IMG/VR virus record: IMGVR_UViG_3300045988_100004
Location: 1-41,347 of that record
Source: a virus
Reading direction: 5' to 3' (one strand)
DNA length: 41,347 bases
Shown here: piece after piece, positions 1-6,763 of the stretch
Position numbering within the stretch: the first letter of the stretch is position 1
How the letters are laid out: the number at the start of each line of letters is the position of its first letter
Program-made: the position numbers and the translations under genes
The notes under the pieces: generated by a model
The model's database searches: none
What the model saw: the letters and a program-made list of their open reading frames with translations, nothing else
Told to the model about the DNA's origin: nothing

Positions 1-119
1 AAAAGAGTGGGGCCGCAGGGGCTTGAACCCTATTGCATCAAACCCGAGAGCCCTACTCCCGCTTGAATTACGCAGCCTCGGATGTTTCTTTTGCCCACAT
101 TTTGCCCACATTCTCCAGC
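1..119. repeat. Terminal direct repeat, copy 1 (exact copy of 41229-41347)
   Basis: Base-by-base identity read from the sequence; contains the tRNA-like attP core and the last 52 nt of the integrase CDS. Confidence 0.95.
8..32 (-). other. tRNA/tmRNA 3'-end mimic (T-arm plus 3' acceptor strand), probable attP core; not a complete tRNA
   Basis: Minus strand reads TAGGG-TTCAAGC-CCCTG (5-bp T-stem, 7-nt TTCAAGC loop) then CGGCCCC-A; sequence 5' of it does not fold into anticodon or D arms; same bases recur at 41236-41260 as part of the end overlap. Confidence 0.6.
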
Positions 120-1201
120 AGCATCGCGTTCACGGCCTCGCCCACCGCGTCCAGATCATCGTCAAACAGGTCGGCGTACACGTCCAACGTCATGGCGGCG
201 CTCGCGTGCCCCAGCTGTCTCTGGACGGCCTTGACGTTCGCACCCGCCCTGACCATCAGCGAGGCGGCGGTGTGCCTCAGGTCATGCACCGTAAGCTCAT
301 TATCGATATCGGCATGTTTTTTCGCCCAGTAGAACCATGAGCTGCTGCTCTTCGGCCCGTGCGTGCGGCGCAGGAAACCGCTGCCCGGCTGTTCGAAGAG
401 AATATCGTCCGGCTTCCTGCCATCGACCAGGCTGCGCATGTCATCGTCCAATATGGCCGGATAGACGACCTGACGCCATTTGTCGGACTTCGGGGTGTTG
501 ACGACAAGCTCCCCATCGACCTCCACGACATTGCGTCGTATCCACAGGCGGCGGCGTTCCAGATTCACGTCCTTGACGCGCAGTCCCACGAGTTCGCCCC
601 ATCTCATGCCGGTCAGACCGAGGACCAGCACGATGGGCCTGCGCCAGCCGGAGGTCTCCGCCAGCCGTATGAGCTCCGTCATGCTCAGATACCGGTGCTC
701 CTTGCGTTTCTTTTTCGGCAGCTCCAAATCGTCGCATGGGTCGGCTCCGATGAGCCGGTCTTTCATGGCCTGTCTGCACAGGCCGGACAGGAGGGCTTCA
801 GCACGCAGTATGACGCTGGCGCTCAGTCCCGCCGCGCTCATCGCGGCGACCCATTCCTGCACTTCGGAGTTGGATATTGACGAGAGTTCGCGGCTCCCCC
901 ATTTCGGTTCGACCCTTACTCGCCATTCCTGTTCGAGCGTGTTCGTATAGCTTTTCTTGCAGCGCGTCCGCTTGGCCGCTATCCACGCCGGCCATAGGGC
1001 TTCGACCTTGACTCTTCCGCCCTGCGGGTCTATGTAGCTGTTGGTTGCCTTGGCGATGGTGACGCGCTCGGCGGCCCAGTTCTCGGCGTCGATTTTGCGC
1101 TTGAAGCCTCGTTTGTCGGTCTGCGTGCCGTCCGGCTTGCGGTACCTCACACGGTAGCGGGTTTCGCCCTTGGCGGTCCTGTATTTAACGACGTTTGCCA
1201 T
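68..1201 (-). CDS. int: Tyrosine integrase (377 aa)
   Basis: ORF 68..1315 trimmed to MANVVKYRTAKGETRYRVRYR (typical actinophage Int N-terminus); C-terminal catalytic motifs HDLRHTAAS and LGHASAAMTLDVYADL; adjacent to attP. Confidence 0.93.
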   Translation of the reverse strand: MANVVKYRTAKGETRYRVRYRKPDGTQTDKRGFKRKIDAENWAAERVTIAKATNSYIDPQGGRVKVEALWPAWIAAKRTRCKKSYTNTLEQEWRVRVEPKWGSRELSSISNSEVQEWVAAMSAAGLSASVILRAEALLSGLCRQAMKDRLIGADPCDDLELPKKKRKEHRYLSMTELIRLAETSGWRRPIVLVLGLTGMRWGELVGLRVKDVNLERRRLWIRRNVVEVDGELVVNTPKSDKWRQVVYPAILDDDMRSLVDGRKPDDILFEQPGSGFLRRTHGPKSSSSWFYWAKKHADIDNELTVHDLRHTAASLMVRAGANVKAVQRQLGHASAAMTLDVYADLFDDDLDAVGEAVNAMLLENVGKMWAKETSEAA

Positions 1202-1211
1202 TTTCGGGTGT

Positions 1212-1312
1212 GCTTCGCCTTGCCTATCGATTAGGATAGGTAGGCGAAGCGTCCTCCTTTCTTGAACTAGCTGGATCTTCAACCGCCCTATCGGTGTGCA
1301 AGACCGATAGGG
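1212..1312 (-). promoter_or_regulatory. Two stem-loops between the lipoprotein gene and int (terminator-like hairpin plus int 5'-leader hairpin)
   Basis: CCCTATCGG(1286-1294)/CCGATAGGG(1304-1312) is a perfect 9-bp stem 10 nt after the lipoprotein stop; GCTTCGCCT..CCTATC(1212-1228)/GATAGG..AGGCGAAGC(1235-1250) is an imperfect ~16-bp stem just upstream of the int ATG; CCTATCG-type motif occurs four times. Confidence 0.5.
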
Positions 1313-1321
1313 CAATTCTTT

Positions 1322-2059
1322 CTAATCGAAATTCAATACGATGTTTTTGCCTATTGTGCGTTTTGCTGACCTCATATATGCGGCCAACTCCACTCTGTCG
1401 ATAGGGTCACTTATCCCCATATATTCGGCAGGGTTAAGGCTGATACTGAATGTTGCATCACCTTTTTGGCCATACTTCCATGTGTAGTCGGAAGAAGAAA
1501 TCGATGTTTTGCTTCCGTCTGCTTTCACGATGGTATTAGCATCATTCCCGAGCGGGAGGAACGAGGCTTCATCGCCAGTAACGGAATAAACGGTAATCAG
1601 CGGACTATATTCAACTTTGCCGCTCGTGTTTATCTGAATATCACCATCGATAATCTTTACAGTTGCAGAAAGAAAAGCCGTCTCTCCAGATTTCTCTCCG
1701 GACTGCTGTTTTAGTTGCTCACTCGTGTCCTGCTTGTCTGACTCGTTGTTCAATCCGCGAATATCTCCAAATGTCAGTATCGACGGCCGGTCATTTGTTC
1801 CTCCAACGTCACATACGACCGTCTGGACTACAGACTGATTAACTGTTGCATCGTTGAAGATAACGCGAATAGTTCCATCATCATTATCGGTTATATCCAC
1901 ATTGCTGAGCTTGTAGTAAAAACCTTTGGGCGCTTCGATTTTCGCTTGACGTTTACATGCGGTAAGGGCATGTCCTTCAGTCAATGGCGCGGGTTCCCCG
2001 CAAGAGGCCAAGGACACAACCATAGCCATACAACATAGAAGTGTAATCATTTTCTTCAT
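1322..2059 (-). CDS. Prophage lipoprotein (245 aa), candidate superinfection-exclusion/lysogenic-conversion moron
   Basis: N-terminus MKKMITLLCCMAMVVSLASCGEP has a signal peptide with lipobox L-A-S-C; GAGGA SD upstream; clearly AT-richer than neighbours (22 G+C in the first 60 nt counted by hand); sits between immA-like gene and int. Confidence 0.85.
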   Translation of the reverse strand: MKKMITLLCCMAMVVSLASCGEPAPLTEGHALTACKRQAKIEAPKGFYYKLSNVDITDNDDGTIRVIFNDATVNQSVVQTVVCDVGGTNDRPSILTFGDIRGLNNESDKQDTSEQLKQQSGEKSGETAFLSATVKIIDGDIQINTSGKVEYSPLITVYSVTGDEASFLPLGNDANTIVKADGSKTSISSSDYTWKYGQKGDATFSISLNPAEYMGISDPIDRVELAAYMRSAKRTIGKNIVLNFD

Positions 2060-2071
2060 TTCATCCTCTTC

Positions 2072-2500
2072 CTATACAGTCACGTTGTCATGTAGCCACT
2101 GTCGATAATCCTGGATGATTTGGATGGTGACATTGAGCTCGGCGGCCATCTGGTGTGGTTCTCCGTCGTACATGCGTTCCGCCAATGCGTATTCGGCCGG
2201 GTTGATGAGCAGCATGGCGGTCTCGCGTCGGCAGCGTCGCTCGTTCCTGCCGCCGATGCAGCCGTGTGTGGTGTCGTCGCCATGCCGCCAATGCACGAGC
2301 TCGTGCACCAGGGCGCAGCGTTTGCGCGTGTAGGTAATCCGCCAATCGATAAGCACGGTGTTTGTGGACAGGCAATAGAGGCCGTCCAATTTGCCGGGCA
2401 GTTGGGCGCTGCGAACATGCAGGTCGGGCTCCGCCGTGCTTAAAACGTGGCGCATTTGCCCGTAGCTCATGCGCGGTGATATCGGGAGCGGATTCGTCAT
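2072..2500 (-). CDS. ImmA/IrrE-family zinc metallopeptidase (142 aa)
   Basis: HELVHW (HExxH) motif; ATGA start/stop overlap with the upstream XRE repressor gene; gene order HTH-protease-(moron)-int as in ImmR/ImmA-type modules. Confidence 0.8.
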   Translation of the reverse strand: MTNPLPISPRMSYGQMRHVLSTAEPDLHVRSAQLPGKLDGLYCLSTNTVLIDWRITYTRKRCALVHELVHWRHGDDTTHGCIGGRNERRCRRETAMLLINPAEYALAERMYDGEPHQMAAELNVTIQIIQDYRQWLHDNVTV

Positions 2501-2844
2501 GCGGGGTCATCTCCGTCGCCATCAAACTTGTGGTCGTCCTCGTAGGCGGCGATGTCGAGATCGCCGCGCTTGAGCTTATTGAGAGTTTCAGCCACACGAG
2601 ACTGCTCGTCGTTGACGGATTCGATGAGTTCGCATGGTGTCATGTTCCAGAGTTCGCAGAGTTTTTCGATGTCGCCGAGGGCCCATTCGTTCTCGTCTTT
2701 GATTCTGGAGTTGACGTAGGTCGCGCCTCGGTCGATGAGTTTCGCGATTTCCCTGTTGGAGATGCGGCGTATTCCCATTTGCGCTCTGATGGCGGCGCTT
2801 ACCGTCAGTGCGAAATCGCTGACACCAATCTTTCCATGTCCCAT
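2497..2844 (-). CDS. XRE-family HTH repressor (CI/ImmR-like, 115 aa)
   Basis: HTH segment ISNREIAKLIDRGATYVNSRIK; divergent from the Cro-like gene; -10-like TATAGT (2857-2852) lies 7 nt from the ATG, suggesting a leaderless mRNA. Confidence 0.85.
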   Translation of the reverse strand: MGHGKIGVSDFALTVSAAIRAQMGIRRISNREIAKLIDRGATYVNSRIKDENEWALGDIEKLCELWNMTPCELIESVNDEQSRVAETLNKLKRGDLDIAAYEDDHKFDGDGDDPA

Positions 2845-3011
2845 ATGTCCTACTATAGCGCGTATTTACGCTAATACGCAATTGAGTGCATGTCGTAAAA
2901 CGTAAGACAGAGATATTGCACGTAAATACGACACGCCGACGTTTGATACTGCACGTTATAACGTGCATACTGTAGCCATCGCTCAAACACGGAATACAAA
3001 AGGAGGCAACC
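2845..3011. promoter_or_regulatory. Lysis/lysogeny switch region with divergent promoters and operator repeats
   Basis: Rightward TTGATA(2943-2948)-17 bp-CATACT(2966-2971), with the perfect 18-bp palindrome TGCACGTTATAACGTGCA (2950-2967) filling the spacer; related half-site TGCACGTAA 2917-2925; inverted 10-mers CGTATTTACG 2861-2870 / CGTAAATACG 2921-2930; leftward TATAGT 2857-2852. Confidence 0.6.
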
Positions 3012-3257
3012 GTGACAAAGCTCAGCGAACAAGCGGCGGCTCGAATCAGAGCAGTGATGGCCGCACGGAAAATCAGCGTCGCGGACTACGCGAAACAAAC
3101 CAGCCAGTCGGTGGACGTGGTCTCACGCAGAATCAACGGCAAGGTAGACCTGTCCCTCACGGACATCGAGACTTTCGCCAAGCTCACCGGCTATCAGCCC
3201 GGCGACTTCCTCAACGACCAGTTCGTACTGGGCGTGCAGCAGGAGGCGGTGGCGTGA
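3012..3257 (+). CDS. Cro-like XRE HTH regulator (81 aa, GTG start)
   Basis: AAAGGAGG SD 6 nt upstream of the GTG; HTH ISVADYAKQTSQSVDVVSRRING; first gene of the rightward early operon. Confidence 0.8.
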   Translation: MTKLSEQAAARIRAVMAARKISVADYAKQTSQSVDVVSRRINGKVDLSLTDIETFAKLTGYQPGDFLNDQFVLGVQQEAVA

Positions 3258-3583
3258 TGGTCGGGGTTTACCGGCTTGGTGGCCCGGAACGTGAGAGGGC
3301 CCGTGCGCTGATTCGCATTCTCGGCATCGACATGGATCATGTCAGATGGTTGGACGGCCACCCGATGACGGTTCGCGTGTTCGATGACGGCAAATGCTGG
3401 GTCGAATACACGGGACTCGTCGTCTGCGACAAGGAAGACGTCGGCTTCTGCCTTCGTGGGCTCGAGCCCGTGGATGTCGGGCCGGGGTCTATAGGGACAG
3501 GATCCGGGAATGCCGGAACAGGATTCTTCGCGAGGATACGCGGATGTCTCTCGATTTCGAGGTCTCGACCATCGCGACAATGA
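3257..3583 (+). CDS. Hypothetical early protein (108 aa)
   Basis: ATG overlaps the cro-like stop (GTGATG), AGGAGG upstream; good GC3 for the first ~70 codons, then poor codon usage where it runs antisense into the 3489..3821 gene. Confidence 0.5.
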   Translation: MVGVYRLGGPERERARALIRILGIDMDHVRWLDGHPMTVRVFDDGKCWVEYTGLVVCDKEDVGFCLRGLEPVDVGPGSIGTGSGNAGTGFFARIRGCLSISRSRPSRQ

Positions 3584-3821
3584 CGGTGCCGGACTCATGG
3601 CGCTTGAGCTTGGAGGCTCCACGGTATTCGACGATAGCGCCGCCCGTCGGCGTCACCCGAATGTCTCGTTCGGTGAGCCACCCGTTGTTGCGCAGTATCC
3701 ACCCGTCCCCATCCGTCTTCTCCACTCCCCAATCGGTCGAGAGGTACAGGCGTCGTTCCGCGTCGAAGGACAGCAGCAGTGCCGTCAATCCCATCCAGTT
3801 GTCCGCCAGCCATTTCCACAT
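3489..3821 (-). CDS. Membrane-anchored hypothetical protein (110 aa), probably leaderless
   Basis: High GC3 over the full length; N-terminal hydrophobic WMGLTALLLSF; TAGAAT (3834-3829) lies 7 nt upstream of the ATG with no SD. Confidence 0.65.
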   Translation of the reverse strand: MWKWLADNWMGLTALLLSFDAERRLYLSTDWGVEKTDGDGWILRNNGWLTERDIRVTPTGGAIVEYRGASKLKRHESGTVIVAMVETSKSRDIRVSSRRILFRHSRILSL

Positions 3822-3839
3822 GGCTCAGATTCTAGCCAC

Positions 3840-3901
3840 AAAAAAATGCCGCCGATTGCAGCGGCGGCGAATGTCAGATTGAAAGAAGGTCCAAAATGAC
3901 T
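3840..3901 (-). ncRNA. Candidate ~62-nt antisense RNA covering the SD and start codon of the Bro-N gene (sar-like)
   Basis: Minus-strand promoter TTGCCC(3936-3931)-17 bp-TACATT(3913-3908); minus-strand intrinsic terminator GCCGCCG/CGGCGGC (3848-3868) followed by T7 (3846-3840); no minus-strand CDS feeds into this terminator. Confidence 0.35.
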
Positions 3902-4099
3902 GAATCCAATGTACAGCCCTTCAAGTTTCGGGGCAACCCGGTCGCCACGGTGACCGCGGAGAACGGGACGGTGCTGTTCTGCGCGAAGCACGTCGCCACC
4001 GCACTCGGATACAGCAACACCCGTGACGCAATCGCAAAGCATTGCAAGGGTGTCGCGAATCGCTACCCCCTTCCCCTTGACTTGGAGGCGGGTGCGTGA
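3896..4099 (+). CDS. Bro-N (BRO/antirepressor N-terminal) domain protein, apparently truncated (67 aa)
   Basis: FKFRGNPVATVTAENGTVLFCAKHVATALGYSNTRDAIAKHCKGVANRYPL matches the Bro-N pattern but ends about where the domain's last third normally starts; stop overlaps the next start. Confidence 0.6.
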   Translation: MTESNVQPFKFRGNPVATVTAENGTVLFCAKHVATALGYSNTRDAIAKHCKGVANRYPLPLDLEAGA

Positions 4100-4311
4100 T
4101 GATGCAGGGACTGCTCACCTATGAGGCGTTGGCCGAGCATTACGGGGTCAGCCGGCGCACGATGTACCAGCGCGTGTGGAAGGGCGAGGCTCCGACGCCC
4201 GTATTGGGGCCTTCCGGGCGTGTGCGCGGCTGGCGGCCCGAGGAGGTCGCACGCTACGACAGCGCCAACCAGCGCACACGGGCCGAATACCTGTACGGGG
4301 CGGACAAATAA
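4096..4311 (+). CDS. Excisionase/AlpA-type HTH DNA-binding protein (71 aa)
   Basis: LLTYEALAEHYGVSRRTMYQRVWKGEAP...GWRPEEVARY is the classical Xis/HTH_17 pattern; GGAGG 7 nt upstream of the GTG at 4096 (ATGs at 4099/4102 are alternatives). Confidence 0.7.
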   Translation: MMMQGLLTYEALAEHYGVSRRTMYQRVWKGEAPTPVLGPSGRVRGWRPEEVARYDSANQRTRAEYLYGADK

Positions 4312-4316
4312 GAATT

Positions 4317-4336
4317 TCCCGGTCTCGAAACCGGGA
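4317..4336 (+). terminator. Stem-loop after the xis-like gene
   Basis: TCCCGGT-ctcgaa-ACCGGGA 6 nt after the stop; no U-tract, so strength is uncertain. Confidence 0.35.
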
Positions 4337-4419
4337 GAAAAGAAAAGGGTGTCGGCGTTGCACTGTCCAAGGTTCTGCGCCGGCACCAACATCACCAACC
4401 AAATTCAGAAAGGAAATCA

Positions 4420-4770
4420 GTGATGTCAAACAACAAGGTTAGCGGCATCCACGCCATCGGCGTCGAGGTTCCGGAGGACATGTCGCTGAAGGAGCTCATG
4501 GAGCAGCTCCTGAACGATACGGAGGTCGAATTGGAGAAGGATTTGGACGGGGAGACCCGCAAGCCCGAACCCCAGTCCGAGGCGGACAAGTGGCAGCGGT
4601 ATGCGGACATGCTGGGCGACCTGTTCGACGTGGCGCATCAGATCGGCTATGACGCCTACATGCAGGGCGACCTGAAGATCATGCGCAAGGTGTTGCAGGT
4701 CGAATCCGACGTGGTGGATCTGGCCGGCATCGTGACCATGGAGAAGTCGAAATCGAGGGCCGTGAAATGA
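4420..4770 (+). CDS. Acidic hypothetical protein (116 aa)
   Basis: GAAAGGAAA SD; GTG/ATG start; high GC3; ATGA coupling to the next gene. Confidence 0.65.
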   Translation: MMSNNKVSGIHAIGVEVPEDMSLKELMEQLLNDTEVELEKDLDGETRKPEPQSEADKWQRYADMLGDLFDVAHQIGYDAYMQGDLKIMRKVLQVESDVVDLAGIVTMEKSKSRAVK

Positions 4771-5030
4771 GCATCGAGGCATTGCGCAGAAGGAAACGCA
4801 TGCGTCGTCCCAAGCCACGGTTCACGGACGGGCAGAAATCGGCCGTACTGCTGGCTCTCACGTTCTGCGAGGGTTGGCTGGTCGGTTTCGCCGGCACGCA
4901 CAGCCGCATCCCCAGCCCGGTGGGTACGCCGCAGTGGATGATAACCGGCTCGCTCGCATTGGCGGTCATCCTGCCGCTCCTGTCCGTGGGAATCCTGTTG
5001 AAGTGGGGTGACGATGGAACAGCCAAGTGA
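4767..5030 (+). CDS. Small membrane protein (87 aa)
   Basis: ATGA overlap with upstream gene; two hydrophobic segments (AVLLALTFCEGWLVGFAG, ITGSLALAVILPLLSVGILL); high GC3. Confidence 0.6.
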   Translation: MSIEALRRRKRMRRPKPRFTDGQKSAVLLALTFCEGWLVGFAGTHSRIPSPVGTPQWMITGSLALAVILPLLSVGILLKWGDDGTAK

Positions 5031-5481
5031 GTTCACGATCTGCCTGCCGGGCGACCCGGTGCCGAAAGGCCGTCCCCGCGTCTACAACGGGCACGCCATC
5101 ACCCCGAAACGCACCGTCCGCGCCGAGGAACGGTTGTTCACCGAATTCCGATTGAAATACCCGCAGGCGAAACCATACCAGTGCCCGGTCAGGTTGGAGG
5201 CCGAATTCTGGATGAGCCATCGCGGCCGCCCGGATCTCGACAACCTATTGAAGCTGGTTTTGGACTCCCTGAACGGCGTCGCCTACGTGGATGACGCGCA
5301 GGTCGTCGAATCCCATGCCACCAAGCGCATGCCCGACCTATGGGTGTACGGGGCCAAAGGCAAATACCGGAAACGCAAGAGCGGCGATCCGTACACGTGC
5401 TGCGGGCATGAGTACGAGCCGCATCTCTATATCCGTATCAAGCCGCTCCCGGAATGGGAGTCGAACAAGCAAGGAGACTAA
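5014..5481 (+). CDS. rusA: RusA-family Holliday junction resolvase (155 aa from ATG 5014; GTG 5008 possible)
   Basis: LPGDPVPKGRPRV...TPKRT...DLDNLLKLVLDSLNGVAYVDDAQV are RusA signature blocks. Confidence 0.85.
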   Translation: MEQPSEFTICLPGDPVPKGRPRVYNGHAITPKRTVRAEERLFTEFRLKYPQAKPYQCPVRLEAEFWMSHRGRPDLDNLLKLVLDSLNGVAYVDDAQVVESHATKRMPDLWVYGAKGKYRKRKSGDPYTCCGHEYEPHLYIRIKPLPEWESNKQGD

Positions 5482-5483
5482 TC

Positions 5484-5813
5484 ATGAGCAAGCCTATCAA
5501 CGAGCCGCGTATGGTGCAGCAGGCGCTGGTGTCGGACGAGGATCTGAGTTTCGAACTGGCGGCTTTGGTGCCGACGGCGAACGGCATCACGAACGCGGCC
5601 AGCACGTTCATCGACAAGGCGACCAAATTGTTGCTGTCCGACAAGATCATGCTCACCCACGAGCAGTATACGGCGGTCAGTTCGGCCATCGCCATCGCCC
5701 AACTGACCGTCAAGGAGGGTGCGGCCATATCGAAGCTGCTGCGCAACCCGGACGCTTCGGCGGATGTCATCGCCGGACTGCGCCTCACCTCCGAGGACTC
5801 GCAGGATGCCTGA
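5484..5813 (+). CDS. Hypothetical protein (109 aa)
   Basis: AAGGAG SD 7 nt upstream of ATG 5484 (ORF 5454..5813 trimmed). Confidence 0.65.
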   Translation: MSKPINEPRMVQQALVSDEDLSFELAALVPTANGITNAASTFIDKATKLLLSDKIMLTHEQYTAVSSAIAIAQLTVKEGAAISKLLRNPDASADVIAGLRLTSEDSQDA

Positions 5814-5979
5814 CCGGCGTCTTTGGATGCCGCGTTGCAGGACATGCGGGCCACTCGGCAAGCCCACCGGACTGGACGAGGCGGTCACCTGCTGCAACCG
5901 GCACACGAACCAAACCAAACATCAGACGGCATGGTATCCCACCCACGCCCAGATCATCGTGAAAGGCACGTCAAAATGA
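5806..5979 (+). CDS. Small Cys-rich (zinc-ribbon-like) protein (57 aa)
   Basis: Part of ORF 5719..5979; CRTC...16 aa...CCNRH; high GC3; ATGCCTGA overlap with the upstream gene and ATGA overlap with the downstream gene. Confidence 0.5.
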   Translation: MPDRRLWMPRCRTCGPLGKPTGLDEAVTCCNRHTNQTKHQTAWYPTHAQIIVKGTSK

Positions 5980-6368
5980 CTGCGAATGACACGTCAACCA
6001 TCGAAACCACGGAGGCCGCGAACCCGGACGAGGAGCTGCGCCAAGGATTGTTCGCCGCGCAGGCGGCTCGCATCGTGGAACTGCAGGCCGAAATCGCGTC
6101 CCGTCAGGAGGAGGTCGACGAATTGAAGGCCCGTATCCTCGACTCGCATCCGGCCGGCACCTACCAGGCCGGAAACCTGAAAGTGCAGGTGAAGCCGGGC
6201 GCGCGCCGCATCAACGCCGGCACGTTCGAAAAAGCCTATCCGGCCACCAAGTATCCCGGAGCCTACCAGTTGCGGCCGCGCCCGCTCAGCCAGTTGGAGA
6301 GGCTGCTGTCGGCGGACGCGGTGGCCGATTACGCGATGAGCGGCAAGCCGACGGTGGTGGTCTCATGA
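5976..6368 (+). CDS. Coiled-coil early protein (130 aa), recombination-module associated
   Basis: ORF 5823..6368 trimmed to MTANDTS with GAAAGG SD; heptad-like IVELQAEIASRQEEVDELKARIL. Confidence 0.65.
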   Translation: MTANDTSTIETTEAANPDEELRQGLFAAQAARIVELQAEIASRQEEVDELKARILDSHPAGTYQAGNLKVQVKPGARRINAGTFEKAYPATKYPGAYQLRPRPLSQLERLLSADAVADYAMSGKPTVVVS

Positions 6369-6763
6369 GCGCGGAACTGTCCAGCCTGGGCATCGCCCAG
6401 ATCGTGGAAAGCGCCATCGCCGACTACGACCTGCACGATGAGAACGGCAACGAGCTGACCAACGACCTGTACGTCATACGTTCCGAGCGGCTCGACGAGT
6501 TGGGCCTCACCGTCGCCAGACGCATCCACAAGGCGACGCGCGAATTGGAGGCGCAGGGCAAGGCCGATTTTCCCGTGCATTCGATGACCTTCGGCAGCGT
6601 ACCGGTAACCATCTCGAAGGACGGCAACCGCACCTACACGCTGCGCTTCGACAACTCGGACGAGGCGGTGGCCATCACCCGGCTCAGCCAGACCGCACTC
6701 GCGGACATCAGGAAACAGATCAACGATTTTTTGAAGGAGGTGAAAACCCGTGAGCATGAATGA
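6365..6763 (+). CDS. Hypothetical protein (132 aa)
   Basis: ATGA overlap upstream; high GC3. Confidence 0.65.
   Translation: MSAELSSLGIAQIVESAIADYDLHDENGNELTNDLYVIRSERLDELGLTVARRIHKATRELEAQGKADFPVHSMTFGSVPVTISKDGNRTYTLRFDNSDEAVAITRLSQTALADIRKQINDFLKEVKTREHE

Noticed and set aside
1-90. A complete tRNA gene on the minus strand at the window start (and again at 41229-41318)
   Set aside because: Only a T-arm and a 3' acceptor strand can be folded. With either a 4- or 5-nt variable loop, the anticodon stem positions do not pair. The putative 5' acceptor strand (GAGGCTG) carries a mismatch and there is no D-arm. It is treated as an attP tRNA-3'-end mimic.
1-119. The 119-bp terminal repeats as attL/attR of an integrated prophage
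   Set aside because: The repeat contains 52 nt of integrase coding sequence. No intact tRNA is regenerated at either junction, and nothing outside the repeats is visible. An exact end overlap of a circular genome or assembly explains it more simply. This cannot be fully excluded without the source contig.
2963-3256. Upstream part of ORF 2963..3583 (206 aa)
   Set aside because: It overlaps the cro-like gene in another frame and translates to an R/G/Q-rich string. A proper AGGAGG-ATG start exists at 3257.
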